Shown: positions 43,994 through 57,350, numbered from the whole stretch's first letter. The stretch is 62,471 nucleotides of DNA, filler included, from Choristocarpus tenellus KU-1152 (GCA_964200185.2; 10 parts of 10 records of this genome joined end to end with filler, not necessarily neighbours in it); one strand, 5' to 3'. Numbers and translations are program-made. The notes: generated by a model from the letters alone, not told the origin.

Positions 43994-45589
43994 CTTAATC
44001 GTGTGATATATTTTTCGATCGAGAAATACTTCGCGGTCGGTATTTCAACCGAAATGGTTCGTTTATTGGTTCTGTTATTTCACCATTTTGCATTTCAGGA
44101 GGCTGACACAAACCATGCAACCGTGCTCATCACTATGACCACTACATACCGCCTCACGCCTAAAACTATGTCATCACTCCGACAATGCATCAACACATGC
44201 CCTATTGACCAGCAGTCCTTACTAAAGCATGCTGCTGGTAAGATGGGCCCACAACTTAGTCTTTCTTCATCCAGATGCCAGTCACAGAACATCTTCTGTT
44301 CTATCTATGGGCAGCACAATCTGCAGGTGTATCCTGCCACGTTCAGATCAAATAAATACATCACTTTCTGTTCGAATTATCTTCTACGTGTTTGGTGAAA
44401 TGTTCTATTTTGAATATTAAATTTGTAAATGAATTCAAACACATTGTTGGATGTGTGAGTTTATTTGTGATAATTGTGTGTGTGAATATCTCGCATTCAC
44501 ACCCCACTCTTTGCCATCACTCATCACCCCTTTGTGAACTGGAGACGCCACAATTTCAGTGAACACAAACTTTTGCCCTGAGAGAATAGACTGTTGGGCA
44601 CAGATGATTGGGTTCCAATGAGCACAGGCAGGGATAATGTAGGTAATGATAGTGCCAGTGATGGAAGTAGAGATGGCGACAATCTTTTGAACGACGACGG
44701 TAGCATTAACAGTGCCTCTGATGACGATTGTGATAGCAATATTGGCATCTTGATTAAAGAGGATGCCCAGACAGACTACAGTAGGTCAACAGCTCCCTCT
44801 GTCGAGTCAACTCTGCAGATAGTAACTTCAGGCAGCCCTCTGCGCGTATGAATCAGTGAAAGGTACCTGAGTGATATTATTGGGAATCGAAAGAGAAAAT
44901 GAATAGTGAAGTGTCTCTGATCTTCCAGTTCCTCAAAATCACAGAGAACACTGAAGGTCCCATAGGACAGTGCCATGTTGTGATGGAGGCTAGAGCGAAG
45001 GGGGGAAGGGATGATGAAAAAGGAAGAAATATTTGGTCCGTTCTTTATGAAGGGCAAACAAGGAAACAACAGTCTTAACAGTATGTTCGTGAGATCAGGA
45101 ACGGATTATGAGACAAGGAATGAGAAATATTTCGGAACCATCCTGCAGACCGCCGATCAATTTCAGTGTGAAAGCTTTCAAATGGCCAGATTCTTGAAGT
45201 CGTCGGTTTTTTGGAGTGAAAGCTTGCCAACACAAGAGGGAGAGCTCATCGATATTATTGTGAAAAAGCTTTCAAATCTCCAAAATTTGTAAGCTGTTAC
45301 TTGTGGAGTGAGAGCTTGCAATCAGCGAAAGAAAAAGGATATAACCGATATTTTTGTTAATAAGGCGTTCAGACGACCAACTGACGATGGGAAGTCGGTA
45401 GTAGTAGTGATTTGAAAGCTTGCGGTGAGCATCCATATTTCACAATCGATTGGCAGCAGTTCCTTGCATGAAGTATAAACGACGAATGAAACCACGTTCC
45501 ATGTAGTATGTCAAATATTCTGAGTGTTTGCTTTTTTACCCACCCCCTCCTTGTCATATATATCAGCGTAATTTGTGTCCTCTCTATCA

Positions 45590-47284
45590 TTATGATTCCC
45601 CTCCATCCTCATCCTCGTCATCCAAACTTTCCGAACCACCTGCCCTACTTCCTGGAAAGAAATAGTTATGCAGCAATTCCTCTCCTGCTACTGTATCTCT
45701 AGCTAGCCTGAACTTCAGCGAGTTAGGTGGGTAACTCAGTGCTTCCCAGAGCGGGCCTTTCCGTGCTCTTGCTCCCCCACCCCTTCCCCGCGTCGATCCC
45801 TTCTCAATACTCCAATTTTTGGGGATAAACTTCGAGTGCCGTTCAACATTCGCCTTCTCCAAGTCCGCCCCGCATGAGTTCATGTACCACAAAAAGTGGC
45901 AAGGTAGTGGCACTAAAAACAGCGCGGCGTGCGGCCGAGACACTTCACCGCCTACACACATAGAAGCCACATCGTTCGCCACCATGTACTCAGGAACGCC
46001 ATCAGCCACGATGGCGTCATGAACCTCCTTCTCCGTATCGTACACTTACGAAGGTTCTGAAGGAGGAAATATCTATGAAGTCCCCAGCCTTGATGTCCTT
46101 CACCGCAAATAGCCCGATGCCATGAGTATCAGACTCCTGTGAAAATGTCGGAAATATCAGGAAAAACGTGGGTGGGTGGAAAGGCGTAACAGCGAAGAGA
46201 GCTCGTAAGTAGTGTGATACCATGGTTGCGATGGTCAGTCGCCAACTAGACAGAAATGTTCCACACACGATTCACATACAAGCTGTAAACTGACCTGACA
46301 AGATTGTTGACTCTACCTTCTATCGCCTGGAGGACAGCACACACCAATCAATGTCAAATGGCATGCATGTATTAGCCAACACTGCTTGCTAGAAGAACCT
46401 CAATTGAGTGACTTACGATACAGCTACAACAAAAAAGCCCTCACATCCGTATGTGAGGTTCGACCGTCCCTCGATGTGCATACCTTTATCTCGAGGCCCT
46501 TGGATGCAGCGACCTTCTGTGCCACCTGCCGGGTGGGGGAACCATCCGATCCTTCTTGTCTGGACGCTATGTCGTCAAGCACCGTGCGTGGAACGTTCGT
46601 CTCCGGAATGTTTACCGGCCGGAGGCACCCTTCCACCATTTTCTGGGGCTGGTCAACAGTCAGGATTTTCGACCACAGTCCTGTCTCGGTGGCATGGTCG
46701 CAAACACTAGCCAGGTCATCCGTAACGGCTTGGAGCCTCGAAAGTTCGGGCACGAGGGCGACGAGCATCCGCCCCGCTTTCAGCACGACCCGCGAAAGCT
46801 CGCTGTCTCGATCAGCGGACGAAGCTAGGACCGCATCCCCCGCATCCGTAAATCTGGTACGAAATACAATCGAAGGGAGAGGGGATTATCAACACCTCTG
46901 TTGGAAAATGGAACAAGGCATGTTGCAGTTACTGATACGATCGAGCAAGTATCCGCAGAGGCGCGGTATCTTCATTTTAATGAAGTGGCTGCACAAGTAG
47001 CATACATTGATACAACAACCCTTGCTATCATCAGCGACATCATTATGAAAAATGCAACGGGCAACCCCACGGCAACGAACGGCTTGATCTCAAACTTACT
47101 GTAGACTACAATTTGCAAGGATCATTCTCCGCGTATACGACTTTGTGCATTACGTTTTTGCCTGAAAATTCATGCCGAGACTCCCGATTACAATATATAC
47201 TACTAAATAATTGACTCACATCAAACCTACCGATGAAATACCGCTCAAGCAGCAATTTCAAGCCGCCTCCGGAGGCCGCGTTGG

Positions 47285-47315
<31 letters not shown>

Positions 47316-47381
47316 AGAGGGCAAGGCAGAAGCGGACCGCTCCGATGATTCCTCAGCGGACCTTTCTTGGGTGGAAGGCAT
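45590..47381 (-). CDS. SET-domain protein with N-terminal polyQ
   Basis: Exons 47381-47227 (MPSTQ...Q10...YFIG), 46853-46484 (...ASKGLEIK), 46136-46050 (ESDTHGIGLFAVKDIKAGDFI) and a final frame to 45590 (WYMNSC...ANV...FRLARDTVAGEELLHNY). Has the SET motifs HG.GLFA..DI..G and RD...GEEL..Y. The junction near 46049 needs a short intron or a frameshift. Confidence 0.8.
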
Positions 47382-48098
47382 GGCATGTGGGTTTGTAGTA
47401 TGGTGGTGCGTGTTGGAGTGATGCGAGGGGTGTGGGGCGGTGGAGTCGTATGATGTATTTACGCAGAGTTCCGCCGCCTCAACAGAAAAACGTACAGCTC
47501 AACGACCCTAACAGGTCGGATAAACCCGGCTCAATAAACTTGGAGATAAACCGTATATAGCAGGGTAGATATTCCGAAAGAGGCTCCAACTTGCAGGAAA
47601 TGCATAACCCACAGGGAATCTTGCAGGAAATATTCCGATCTTTGTTCTGATTCTTGAAATCGGAACATACATGGCTGTTATTCCAACGGGCACAGGTTAA
47701 CCTCTGAAATCGGAACATACTTGTCTGTTGTGCTAACGGTGTATGGGGTGCACTTCGAAACACTCCGATTATTTTGACTGTTTGATATTCCGAAAATGGC
47801 TCCAACGTGCCGGTTCCATAACGCACAGGGAAGCTTTTAAGAAATATTTTAAATTTTCGCTCTGGTTACGATTTCAAATAGGAACGTTTATGGTTTATCA
47901 TTGTTGAAAGGATAGACTTCGGACCATTCCGACTCTATTTAACCAGTAGTCTACTGTGAGAGTACGGTTCTTGCCTGGTAGTCTTTTGCCTGTCAAGGAA
48001 AACCTGTGATTCAGTTCTAAAAACAATTACCCTACTGAAAATCTGATGGATAGTTTTTTTTTAATCGATTTCGAGATTCGTTGGCCTGTTTAATTCCG

Positions 48099-48259
48099 AT
48101 GACCGAGCCTTTCACCACACAAGTCGGAACAGTCGTCAAGGCAGCCGATCAAAAATCAGGCGTTGTAGATGTCCTCTACTGCGAGCGCTTCTTCAAGAAA
48201 CAAGCGTTCGCCGTGACGGTTGTTAGCTTTCCACCTGCGGGTCGCACGAGTACCAAACG
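48099..48259 (+). CDS. Probable first exon of an unidentified gene divergent from the SET gene
   Basis: ATG-initiated, CpG-rich open frame MTEPFTTQVGTVVKAADQKSGVVDVLYCERFFKKQ... ending at donor CG|GTGAG. The contig ends ~360 bp later. Confidence 0.45.
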
Positions 48260-48603
48260 GTGAGAGTCCCCTCCTGCTGTATGTACAGAGTTGTGCAGGC
48301 CGGCGTTGTGAGTAGGCATCATAACATTGCGCACAGTGCTGTTTATGGGTATGGAATGCATCACTGCAACCTGTCACGAGGTGGTTCAAACCTTGGTTGC
48401 CATGTCATAAAACATCAACGAAACCTTGAGCTGTATATGTGTACACTACTTACGATGATATATTCTTGTGCTTCCTCTGGTGTGCGCCACAGACCACGGA
48501 CGGGATATTATACTGCTGTTGGCCGTGCATTCTCGTGATGTGGGGTCTGTTCTCGATGAGCTCTACAGCACCAGCCGGCCCTGCTGCAAGCTATACCCCA
48601 CCA

Positions 48604-48622
48604 GAGTGAAAGTATCTTAGAG
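48604..48622. mobile_element. MITE family C TIR at contig end
   Basis: GAGTGAAAGTATCTTAGAG, identical to the start of 54383-54654. Confidence 0.8.
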
Positions 48623-48722
48623 NNNNNNNNNNNNNNNNNNNNNNNNNNNNNNNNNNNNNNNNNNNNTTAATTAATTAANNNNNNNNNNNNNNNNNNNNNN
48701 NNNNNNNNNNNNNNNNNNNNNN

Positions 48723-48781
48723 GTTAGTTCCCACTGTGGCTATATTTTAATATATTACTTGTGATCACAGTGGGAACTAAC
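48723..48781. repeat. Perfect 16-bp inverted repeat hairpin
   Basis: GTTAGTTCCCACTGTG - 27 nt AT-rich spacer - CACAGTGGGAACTAAC. Confidence 0.85.
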
Positions 48782-48789
48782 CTGGGTCT

Positions 48790-50340
48790 GGAACCAAAAG
48801 GTTTTGTTATACTACGGACTCTTGTGGGAACAGGTGGATTCATCCAAGCCCACATGCCTGATATATTTGAGCGCACTGAATCACGAGTGCTGGTCACGCA
48901 CCTGAGTGAGATGGAGGACTAACAAGTTGCCTGATTTCTCAACTCCTGGTCCCTTCCCTCCACTTCTCACGCTCTACCATGGAACAAGCAGGCTAAGCGG
49001 GAGCCACTGACTTATTTGAAGGGGGGTGTAAAAATGGGTCTCTTCAGCTGGAGACAAACCAACAAGTACAGGGACAGATCCCTCAAGTTCGGGGGTTTAG
49101 GCCTATCGCCTATGAAGCAATGCCGGCATGAAGTCTTCATAGGATCACTGGTGGGTACTTTCCCCATGCTTTTAGCAAGGCACCAAGGGCCTCATGGAGA
49201 GTCTTTCTCCCAAGCCATCTGTATGAGCCCCACAGTTAGGTCACTTGGATCACCAATCCACACCGTCCACTCGACAGGGGTCCCTTCAGAAGACTTGGTG
49301 GGAATTATTGGCCGAGGGTGGGAAGCCTGGGGAGGATCAACAACCCCTACACCTGTCTCAGAGGTTCACACTCTGGCAGCCCATGATGCCAGGATCTTTA
49401 GCAGGGCACAACATGAAATCACCCGTCTAATGAACTGGATCCAGTTAAACTCTTTCCGGGCGCAATTGACCAACCTACTAGAGGATGGAGAACAAGGGTA
49501 AGAAATATCTTTGGTAGCCATGGCCCACCACCGGAGCCTGTGTTAAGGGGAAAATTCATGGGCTTCCATGTAACCCCTGGGACCAGCACACAAGATCTCT
49601 CTCATAGAGTTTGAACTCACCAACAGCAGATCCCTAGGGAGGTAGGAGGCCCTATGCAACAGGTGCCAAACAGCCGGGTGCATGAGGCGGAATGTGGACA
49701 CTACAATAGACATGCTAATACCTGCCCTAGGGCAGAGGGACAAGTCTGCCAACACACACCAAAGGTGAAGCATCTAGGTCAACTCTGCAAAGGAATGGGT
49801 ATCCCTTGTACTATGGAGGACAGTAGCCCATTCACAGTGGACCGAAACTTCCGCATTGATCTAACCTTCCATGCTGGGGCGCTTGCGGACGCCGGATCAG
49901 CTCCCTACCAGGATAAAGGCCTCCTCCTTGATGTTACGTCTGGAGAAGTGCAAGCAGCCTCCCATCTACCGTACTCATGCACCGGGAATGGTGTAGCTGC
50001 TGTCAAGGCATGTAAGCACACCCACTACAAGGTTTCTTTTGACCCTTGTAGTTATAACCTCAACACCTTCTCGGTGGAAAGTTTTGAACTCCTCGGTAAG
50101 AAAGCAGGAAGTGTTCAGGATGAGTTGGCTATGCATGCCGGTAGGGGGGAGAGGGGCAGGAGGCTACAGCAGGAAAGGAGCTGTAAAACCCCGTCTACGA
50201 CAGAGATTGTCTGTCACAATACAAGTAGCTCTATCAAGACGTGTCATACATTTTAAGCTGGAGACACCAAAGATATGGGCAAGGAGGGACCTGTCAGACT
50301 CTTGGGCTGCTTCCCTAGCTCCTCACCCTGTGGTATAGGG
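48790..50340 (+). mobile_element. CRE-like non-LTR retrotransposon 3' portion (RT tail, Zn-knuckle, restriction-like endonuclease), degenerate
   Basis: LKFGGLGL (RT C-terminal GGLGL motif); Cys/His knuckle (HANTCP...H); RIDLTF...LLLDVT...GVAAVKA.KHTHY...FSVESFELLG...RLRQRLSVTIQVALSRRV, typical of the RLE domain of CRE elements. Confidence 0.8.
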
Positions 50341-50632
50341 CTAAGCTATGTTGAATGAATAGAAGGGGAGTGGTGTACCATACCTGGTAGTCAAATAGCA
50401 GCAGATCGAAAAATATCTTCAACGTATATGACAACTTTTACTTTTATGGGGATTCTTATAATGTTGAATTAGCTTTCATTGGTTTTCCCCAGACGTAATA
50501 ATAGTATATATATATATATATTACATCTACTATGAAATATATTAACTCATTCACAGAGGACAGGAATTTCCAAATGGATGTGTCAGCTTCTGCAAAATAT
50601 GAGAGGGTATAATAATGTAACATATATTTGTT

Positions 50633-50813
50633 GGCTGAAAGTATCTGGGAGGTGGGGGGGGGGATCTACACCAAGTTGTCCATTCGGACTCTGACCAGGA
50701 GAAGTGCACTTGCATTATCCATCCGACACATGCAACCAAATCACTCAAAAATTGCGACATGGAAAAATAAACCCCAAATGGACAGCCACCACCTCCCCCA
50801 GATACTTTGACCC
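50633..50813. mobile_element. MITE family A, full ~180-bp copy
   Basis: TIRs GGCTGAAAGTATCTGGGAGG / CCTCCCCCAGATACTTTGACCC; flanks GTT / ATT (near-TSD). Confidence 0.9.
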
Positions 50814-53559
50814 ATTATTTCTCTACAACAAGATACTGCAATATATTACCTAATGCTTTCCAGATAGATGTGTTAGGTTTGGGAAAGACCATCACCAATA
50901 CTCTATGACAAGGACTACTACTACTGTAGCAACAATGCTTGGCATCGATACTATTACTAGCACACTTCCCTCTCTATACGTTTTATTTGGAAACTAAAAA
51001 TACGACGATGTCTCTTTGAAGATTATTCTCTACTATAATTCGTTGCTGTACCTCTAACCTATGCCGAGGAAGCAAATGGGCAACGGCTGAGGGAAGCATC
51101 ACAAGAATCTGTCGGGCCCCTTTTTACCCACCTATATATTATATTGTAATAGTACGATAAGGAAGGCAAAGAATGAAAGAGTACAACAAGAAGAGTAGTC
51201 TGCCTTCTGATGATACACCAACGAGATCAACTAACTGAAGATTGTTGTGGTACGTTGTATTGTCGTATTTGCGAAGAAAACAAAAAAGAAACCTACTACT
51301 AGACCGGAGTACCAAGTAACACAAGGGGTGCAGTATTATAACTGAAAATACTCCTATATTTGCACTAGAAACTTTTAAGGTACTAAAAAACAAACGAGAT
51401 AAGATCCCTGTGAGTCGTGTGTTGAGACCTATCCACAATCTGCCCACTGGACCAGTGGTGTTTGTCTATAGTTTGAAGTGCATGGCACGCCTTAAGATTG
51501 CCCTTTGTTGTGACTGACACCGTGTGTTGCAGGCATGTTTCATGGTCGCTTTCAACTATGAACCCCCCCCAGCCCTCCTGTATCTTCCGCCTTGTCATGA
51601 CTAAATCTACAAAAATATGTTCGCCAAAATAAGTAGGTTTTATGAGTTGTACGAAGGTCAGATTTCGACGCTACGGTGTGAGTGTATAGCACACTACGAC
51701 ATAATAACAAGGATTTGCATGTCAGCAAGGACCAACTATTTATTAGTTGGCAGTAGTGTTGGCAAAGACAGGTGTAAGTACACCGACTCAAGCACATAGA
51801 GGGTACTTGATTATTAGCCAAAACGAAATAAGTTTACTTTGAAGTATTATGTAACAATATCGTGTTCTTATTACAAACATTAATGTACTCTTCTTCCATT
51901 GCATACTATCAGCTATAAAAACACGATATGATTAAATATCGCTTAACCTACTATTCCTGACCAGCTGTTGGTATTCCAAGGTGTATATTTCCCTTCATGT
52001 AGTGCTACTGTAAATGCTAACAAAATCCCTCAAACCATATTAAATGTAACAAACATTACTGCAAAAACTAATTGCTTGTTGCTGTTTTCAAAGTTTTAAT
52101 TAAAAAACATCATTACATTCTGCTAAACACTACTTCCAAGCAGAAATGACGCCCAACCATCAAGTGTTCAGAGGATCATATATGCAAATTCTCCCACTCA
52201 CTCCTGCCTGTTCTCCAACAAGCCCAAAATTACAAAAAAAACTACCAACAGGCAAAAAGAATCAGCATGCAACAAAATCAGTACGTATCACAACAGCAAG
52301 AACACAAGACGACCAAAATAAGAGCAGCCCCTTTTACCGTCACCAGGACAAACAACCACATATCACATTAATAATAACAAATACTGAAGAGCAGTCTTTG
52401 TCAGTCCATGATGGGGCCATTTGCCTTTTGCGTGCCTCCCTATCGTCAGAAACTATTGTCTAATGCTTTTCGCGGTAGCATGAAAACAACAGTACCTCCT
52501 GTTATGTTGCTGCGCTTGTGCCTGTTCAAACATCACACTCAAAGCACACGCCTACCATCATACTACAAAACGACATATTGTAATACATCCACCGACACGC
52601 ACATCCACTACAAAAACATGGAAAGTTAATGATTTGGATGCATCATCCAGCAAACAAAGTAAAGCTTCTGTCAACGAGCCCAACGAGGAAAAATATCCCA
52701 GCATCACCGTGGCAGGCGTCAATCTGCATTCGGCAGTGACGAGACACTACATCACAAGAAAAAAAAAGAGAGAAATTTGTGTGCATATATGTATCCATCC
52801 CACATGGCAACACGCCACACATCAATCCTTTGGAAACACGCTGTATTTCTTTTATGATGCTGATGCTATACAACAACTGCACAGTAGGAAAACAATCCTA
52901 AAACCTGCTTTCTCATCTGACCAAGAAATCCCATCATAGCTCCACAACTGTTCTCTCTCACCCAACTGCTACCACATTCCTCAAGTATAATAATAATAAC
53001 CATGCAGCATTCACAAACGGATGATGAGGATGGATGCAGGATCGTCTAAAGGGGAAGTAACCTACCAATGAAACAAACCTTACATCTTACATGAACCTCA
53101 ACCTCATCTCTTCAGTTGTCATTCTTCTGTGTGTCCCCAACGGCTTGTCCTGCCTACCTCATCCCCCACCCCACCTCCTCCCATCGCAATCGATCTTTCA
53201 AGTCATCCTTAAACCTACCTCAGGTAACAAACACCATTTGTCATGACAATGACCCCAAACAGTCAACCACCTGTGCATTACACACATATACACACAAAAC
53301 ACATTACCACCAACTCCTCACCATTCTTCCCCCCTCCAACCCAGACCTCCCTTCCCATCACAGTCACTACGCTCTTAACATTGAGAAGTACTATATACCA
53401 AATAACTGGGTAATGAGTAACTGCACACTCCCCACCCTGAAGCAGGCAGGCAAGGGCAGNNNNNNNNNNNNNNNNNNNNNNNNNNNNNNNNNNNNNNNNN
53501 NNNTTAATTAATTAANNNNNNNNNNNNNNNNNNNNNNNNNNNNNNNNNNNNNNNNNNNN

Positions 53560-53732
53560 GGGGGGGGGGGGGGGGAGGAGGTGTCTGAACCATGGTGTCC
53601 ATTTGATCCAAAACCAGGAAACGTGCACTTAAATTATCCATCCAACAAATGCAACCAAATCACCCAAAAATGGTAAGATGAAAAAAATGGTCCAAATGGA
53701 CAGCCGCCACCCCCACCCAAATACTTTGAGCC
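53560..53732. mobile_element. MITE family A, one end cut by linker
   Basis: ...CAAATGGACAGCCGCCACCCCCACCCAAATACTTTGAGCC; colinear with 50633-50813. Confidence 0.85.
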
Positions 53733-54304
53733 ATTGGGGAAATATTTCATACAGTGGCGCACCTGATCCACCAAACAAGACATCATCAGAGCTACTCATT
53801 GATCCCATCACCTCAGGAATAGTCATAGAGTAGCTACATCTTCCTTGCAATCACGAAAATTTGTTGGAGCAGCACATTGCTAACTCTAACTCTAACCCTT
53901 AAAACTCGGTCAAAAACATAAAAATATTATCACCAAGAAGATAGTTTAAAAAGTCCAATCCCCTCCATAGCTCCCTGTTATCTTCCCTGAGATGGGGTTT
54001 CATTTCCTCAACTATATAGAAAAAGAAAAAAGAGAGTCAAATATCAACCCCAGTATACACTACCAAAAGCAAAGTTCAAAGTCAAACAACAGGGTTAGGG
54101 ATAGATGTATCTTTACTTGTTGTCCATTCCCATCATGGTCATCAGCACTCGGAGGTGCATAAAAAAGATACTGATGTGACCGTTGGCAATGGTTCCGGTA
54201 TACCTCTCTACCATATACGAAGACTGGCTAAGGTCATTCCAGCACATGTGCTGAGGGCAACTGCATGAGTACCACCACCAGGGCATATTGAAGATAGGAA
54301 TATG

Positions 54305-54735
54305 GTTAGGACTGTAGATAGAATCGTAGTTAGGACCACATTTGGTCCATAGTACCATAGCTAGGACTAAAATCAGGTCCATGAGTGAAAGTATCTTAGA
54401 GGGTACGAGTTCTTCCCTGTTAGTGCATTTGAGGCTTGGCTTCCCACGTTAATTTTTTTTAATGACATTTTACCTACCCCAAAGTGGTTCGGAGTAGGCA
54501 AAATGTGTACGTTCTGAAAAGGAGTGTCCGGGACAAGGATATTTAAACCTCCGAACAAACATCATACTATATAGTCAAAATTACATCGAAATTGCAACAT
54601 TGGATTTTGGCCCCCAAATGGACACGACTCTACCCTCTGAGATAATTTGACCTCCATAGTACCATTGTTTAGGACTATAATTAGGACCATAGTACCATAG
54701 TTAGGACTGCAGTAGTTGGTTCCATGCTAAGACCA
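54305..54735. repeat. Degenerate ~34-bp minisatellite (GGTCCATAGTACCATAGTTAGGACT...) split by a MITE
   Basis: CCATAGTACCAT(A/T)G(C/T)TAGGACT recurs on both sides of 54383-54654. Confidence 0.7.
54383..54654. mobile_element. MITE family C, full copy with probable CAT TSD
   Basis: TIRs GAGTGAAAGTATCTTAGAGGGTA / TACCCTCTGAGATAATTTGACCTC; CAT at 54380-82 and 54655-57. Confidence 0.88.
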
Positions 54736-55999
54736 CATTGTGGCAAATACACCATGTACCACAAAAATGATCATGTACCTTGGCCCCCACCATAGAAATA
54801 TACACCCGATAAGAAAGGAGCATAATAGAACCTTCCAAAAGATCAAAACCACCACCACAGGAAGAGTCACCTTTAGATATAGGGGTCACATGTAACAATT
54901 GAACATTTAGACCAATAGAATCACCTGCACTTCGCACAATCCCAATAGGAGTCACCCCCACGGAAACAATCTCACCACCGCATTTCTCTAATCATTAATG
55001 CGGTTGGGGCTGCACTTAACTCTAACATTTAACCTCGCAATCTTAAAAGAAAATAATATACTTCAACCTTCAACATCTCTATTCCCAACTGAACTGTACT
55101 CCAGCCACCCCTCCCCTACAACACCCGCATCAGCTCAGGCAAGGTTGGGGCTTGACATGTGTAACCTGTGTGAGGCATATGAAATTGCTGAGTTCTTGTT
55201 CGTGCCTGTTGCCTAGTTGTGATGTTGGTGGCCTTACCCCATGTATGAGATCTGGGACACGCGGGTACCTCAGCAGGATAGTCTCATGCCTAGGTGGAAC
55301 CATCAGCTTCTCTTGCTGAGGTGTATAGTACTGACACAAAAAATTGGAAACATCAAAAAGAGAATTGTACAATACATAGAGCATTGGCGCCGAGAATGGA
55401 GTGTAGGGCTGAGGTTATACTCCGTGCATATTATATTAGTTCTCGTGCTTGGCTAATCACCACCCAACCCCATAGTTGTAGATCACAACCTCATGTGTAC
55501 TGTGTGATCCTTGTAAGAGGAGAGTCCACACGTGGCAGAATGTCCATGGCCTACAGTCTATAGTGCCTACACTGCCAGTGACAAATGTTTGAAACAATAT
55601 CATCACTACAACCCTACACTAAAACTACTGCCTCACTGCGTATCACATAACTACATGCTGTTTCCCATCAACCTTAACTAAATGCAAATAAATATAAACA
55701 TTACATTAACCACCACTGCAGAACTCTACAGTGCACCTTAGGTTGAACTGAGACTCTGAACCTAACCCTACCCTCTGCTCTGTAATGATGTGGTGCAATG
55801 CCGATACACAGTTACACAGCCCCAAAGTCGACGAGGGGTCTCACAGCGGCACGCACATAATTCCTACTTCACATACACTCATAATGTTCCATCACAGATC
55901 TAACCCTAGCATCACTTCAAATCCTAATCCTCACCATCCTGAAATATCAAATCTTCAGAAGTTCATCACAGCCCTCCTATGATACGTCAAACTATGGCG

Positions 56000-57350
56000 A
56001 TTAACATCCTTGGGAAAAAAAACTGCATGATGCTTCTCAAATCCTAGTCCCTAAGGAAATAGTGGCATCCATCAATGTCTTTTACCCTGGCAACTTCACT
56101 GCCAACCCTTGGTCCTCATACACCTGGTGGTCCTCTCCAGGTTTCCTAACTCCAATACCTTTATCAAGAAAAAAACGTTCTTAGCCGTGGCACTTTAAGT
56201 CACATATTCAACTTCTGTCATAGACAGCCACCACCTCCTGCATCCTCAGTTAGAAGTCCCCCGACACAAACCTTTGCTGGTCCAGATCAGATGCACAGTC
56301 CGCATCAGCAAACGCCTACAGTCGTTTTTTTACATCTTTCCATCGTAGGTGATGCCACTCTCCCTTCTATAACTCACATGCACCAAAGTTCCTTTAAAAG
56401 CTTACCAATTCTTCTGATCTGGGTTACTGCTAAATATGGCCACTGTCATGGCCACATATGCGATATCAGATCTGGTCATAGCCACCAACCAGATTACCGA
56501 CCCCACTCCTTTCCTGGATGGTGTAGATGTGTCCAGCTACACGCACAAATCATTCTCAGACAGATTTCTCCTTGTGCAACCTGGTCTGCCGTACTCTGTA
56601 GTGATTTCTAAGTGCTTCAACAGCCCTTCCACGTATATTGACTGATCGATCCTCAGCATCCTCGCCTTCCTATCTCATGTAATAACACATCCCATACACA
56701 GCTTCACATCCCCCACATTCGTCATACAGTATTTCTTTCTCAGTGTGTCCCCAACAGCCCGGCTCTTCTTCACTGTCAGGCTAATCATCAGCAAAACATC
56801 CAAATGAATATGTATCGCCTTTCGATCACACCATCTTCCACCAAACCAACCAAATATGGATAACCCTCGCTTTGCTCAAAACCTAACCCTCTTGAGAGTC
56901 CCAACTTGTTTCTGATGCCAGTTGCGTGTGATGCCTGTACCAAACCATATAAACACCCCTTGAGGTTTCCAACCACTCCTGGCTGTTACCATATATCCTT
57001 TGTAGTTCAGTGTAGATGTCCTCTTTGATATCCTCTTGGACAGAAGCCTGTCCTACATCAGCATGTCATGTTTCCAGGTCACCAAACACATCAATTGCCA
57101 TCACCCACCGTAAGGTTCTGGTTCATGGAGTAGGAGCAAACTTCTCCGTAATTTCCAATCCATTCATGTTCAGGCCTGTTCCTTATGACCACAATAGGGG
57201 CCTCATACACTGCCACTTCCTCTTCTGTATCCAACGTTCTTTAGTGCATCAACATGGTTCACAACGCACTGCAATCACATCACCTCTCCACCTCATCCCA
57301 CACCCTAGTGTCCACCACCTTTACCGACTCGGTCTTCATGGCTTTTTGTC
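56000..57350 (-). mobile_element. Ty1/Copia LTR-retrotransposon RT/RNase H remnant
   Basis: HADVGQASVQEDIKEDIY, VGNLKGCLYGLVQAS...GFEQSEGYP (DV..AFL; L.K.LYGLKQA; GF.QS..DP) and LSMTEVEYV (LSS.EAEY). Many stops; no LTRs identified; boundaries approximate. Confidence 0.78.

Noticed and set aside
54305-54735. CRISPR-like repeats
   Set aside because: Degenerate tandem minisatellite without unique spacers, in a eukaryotic context with no cas genes.
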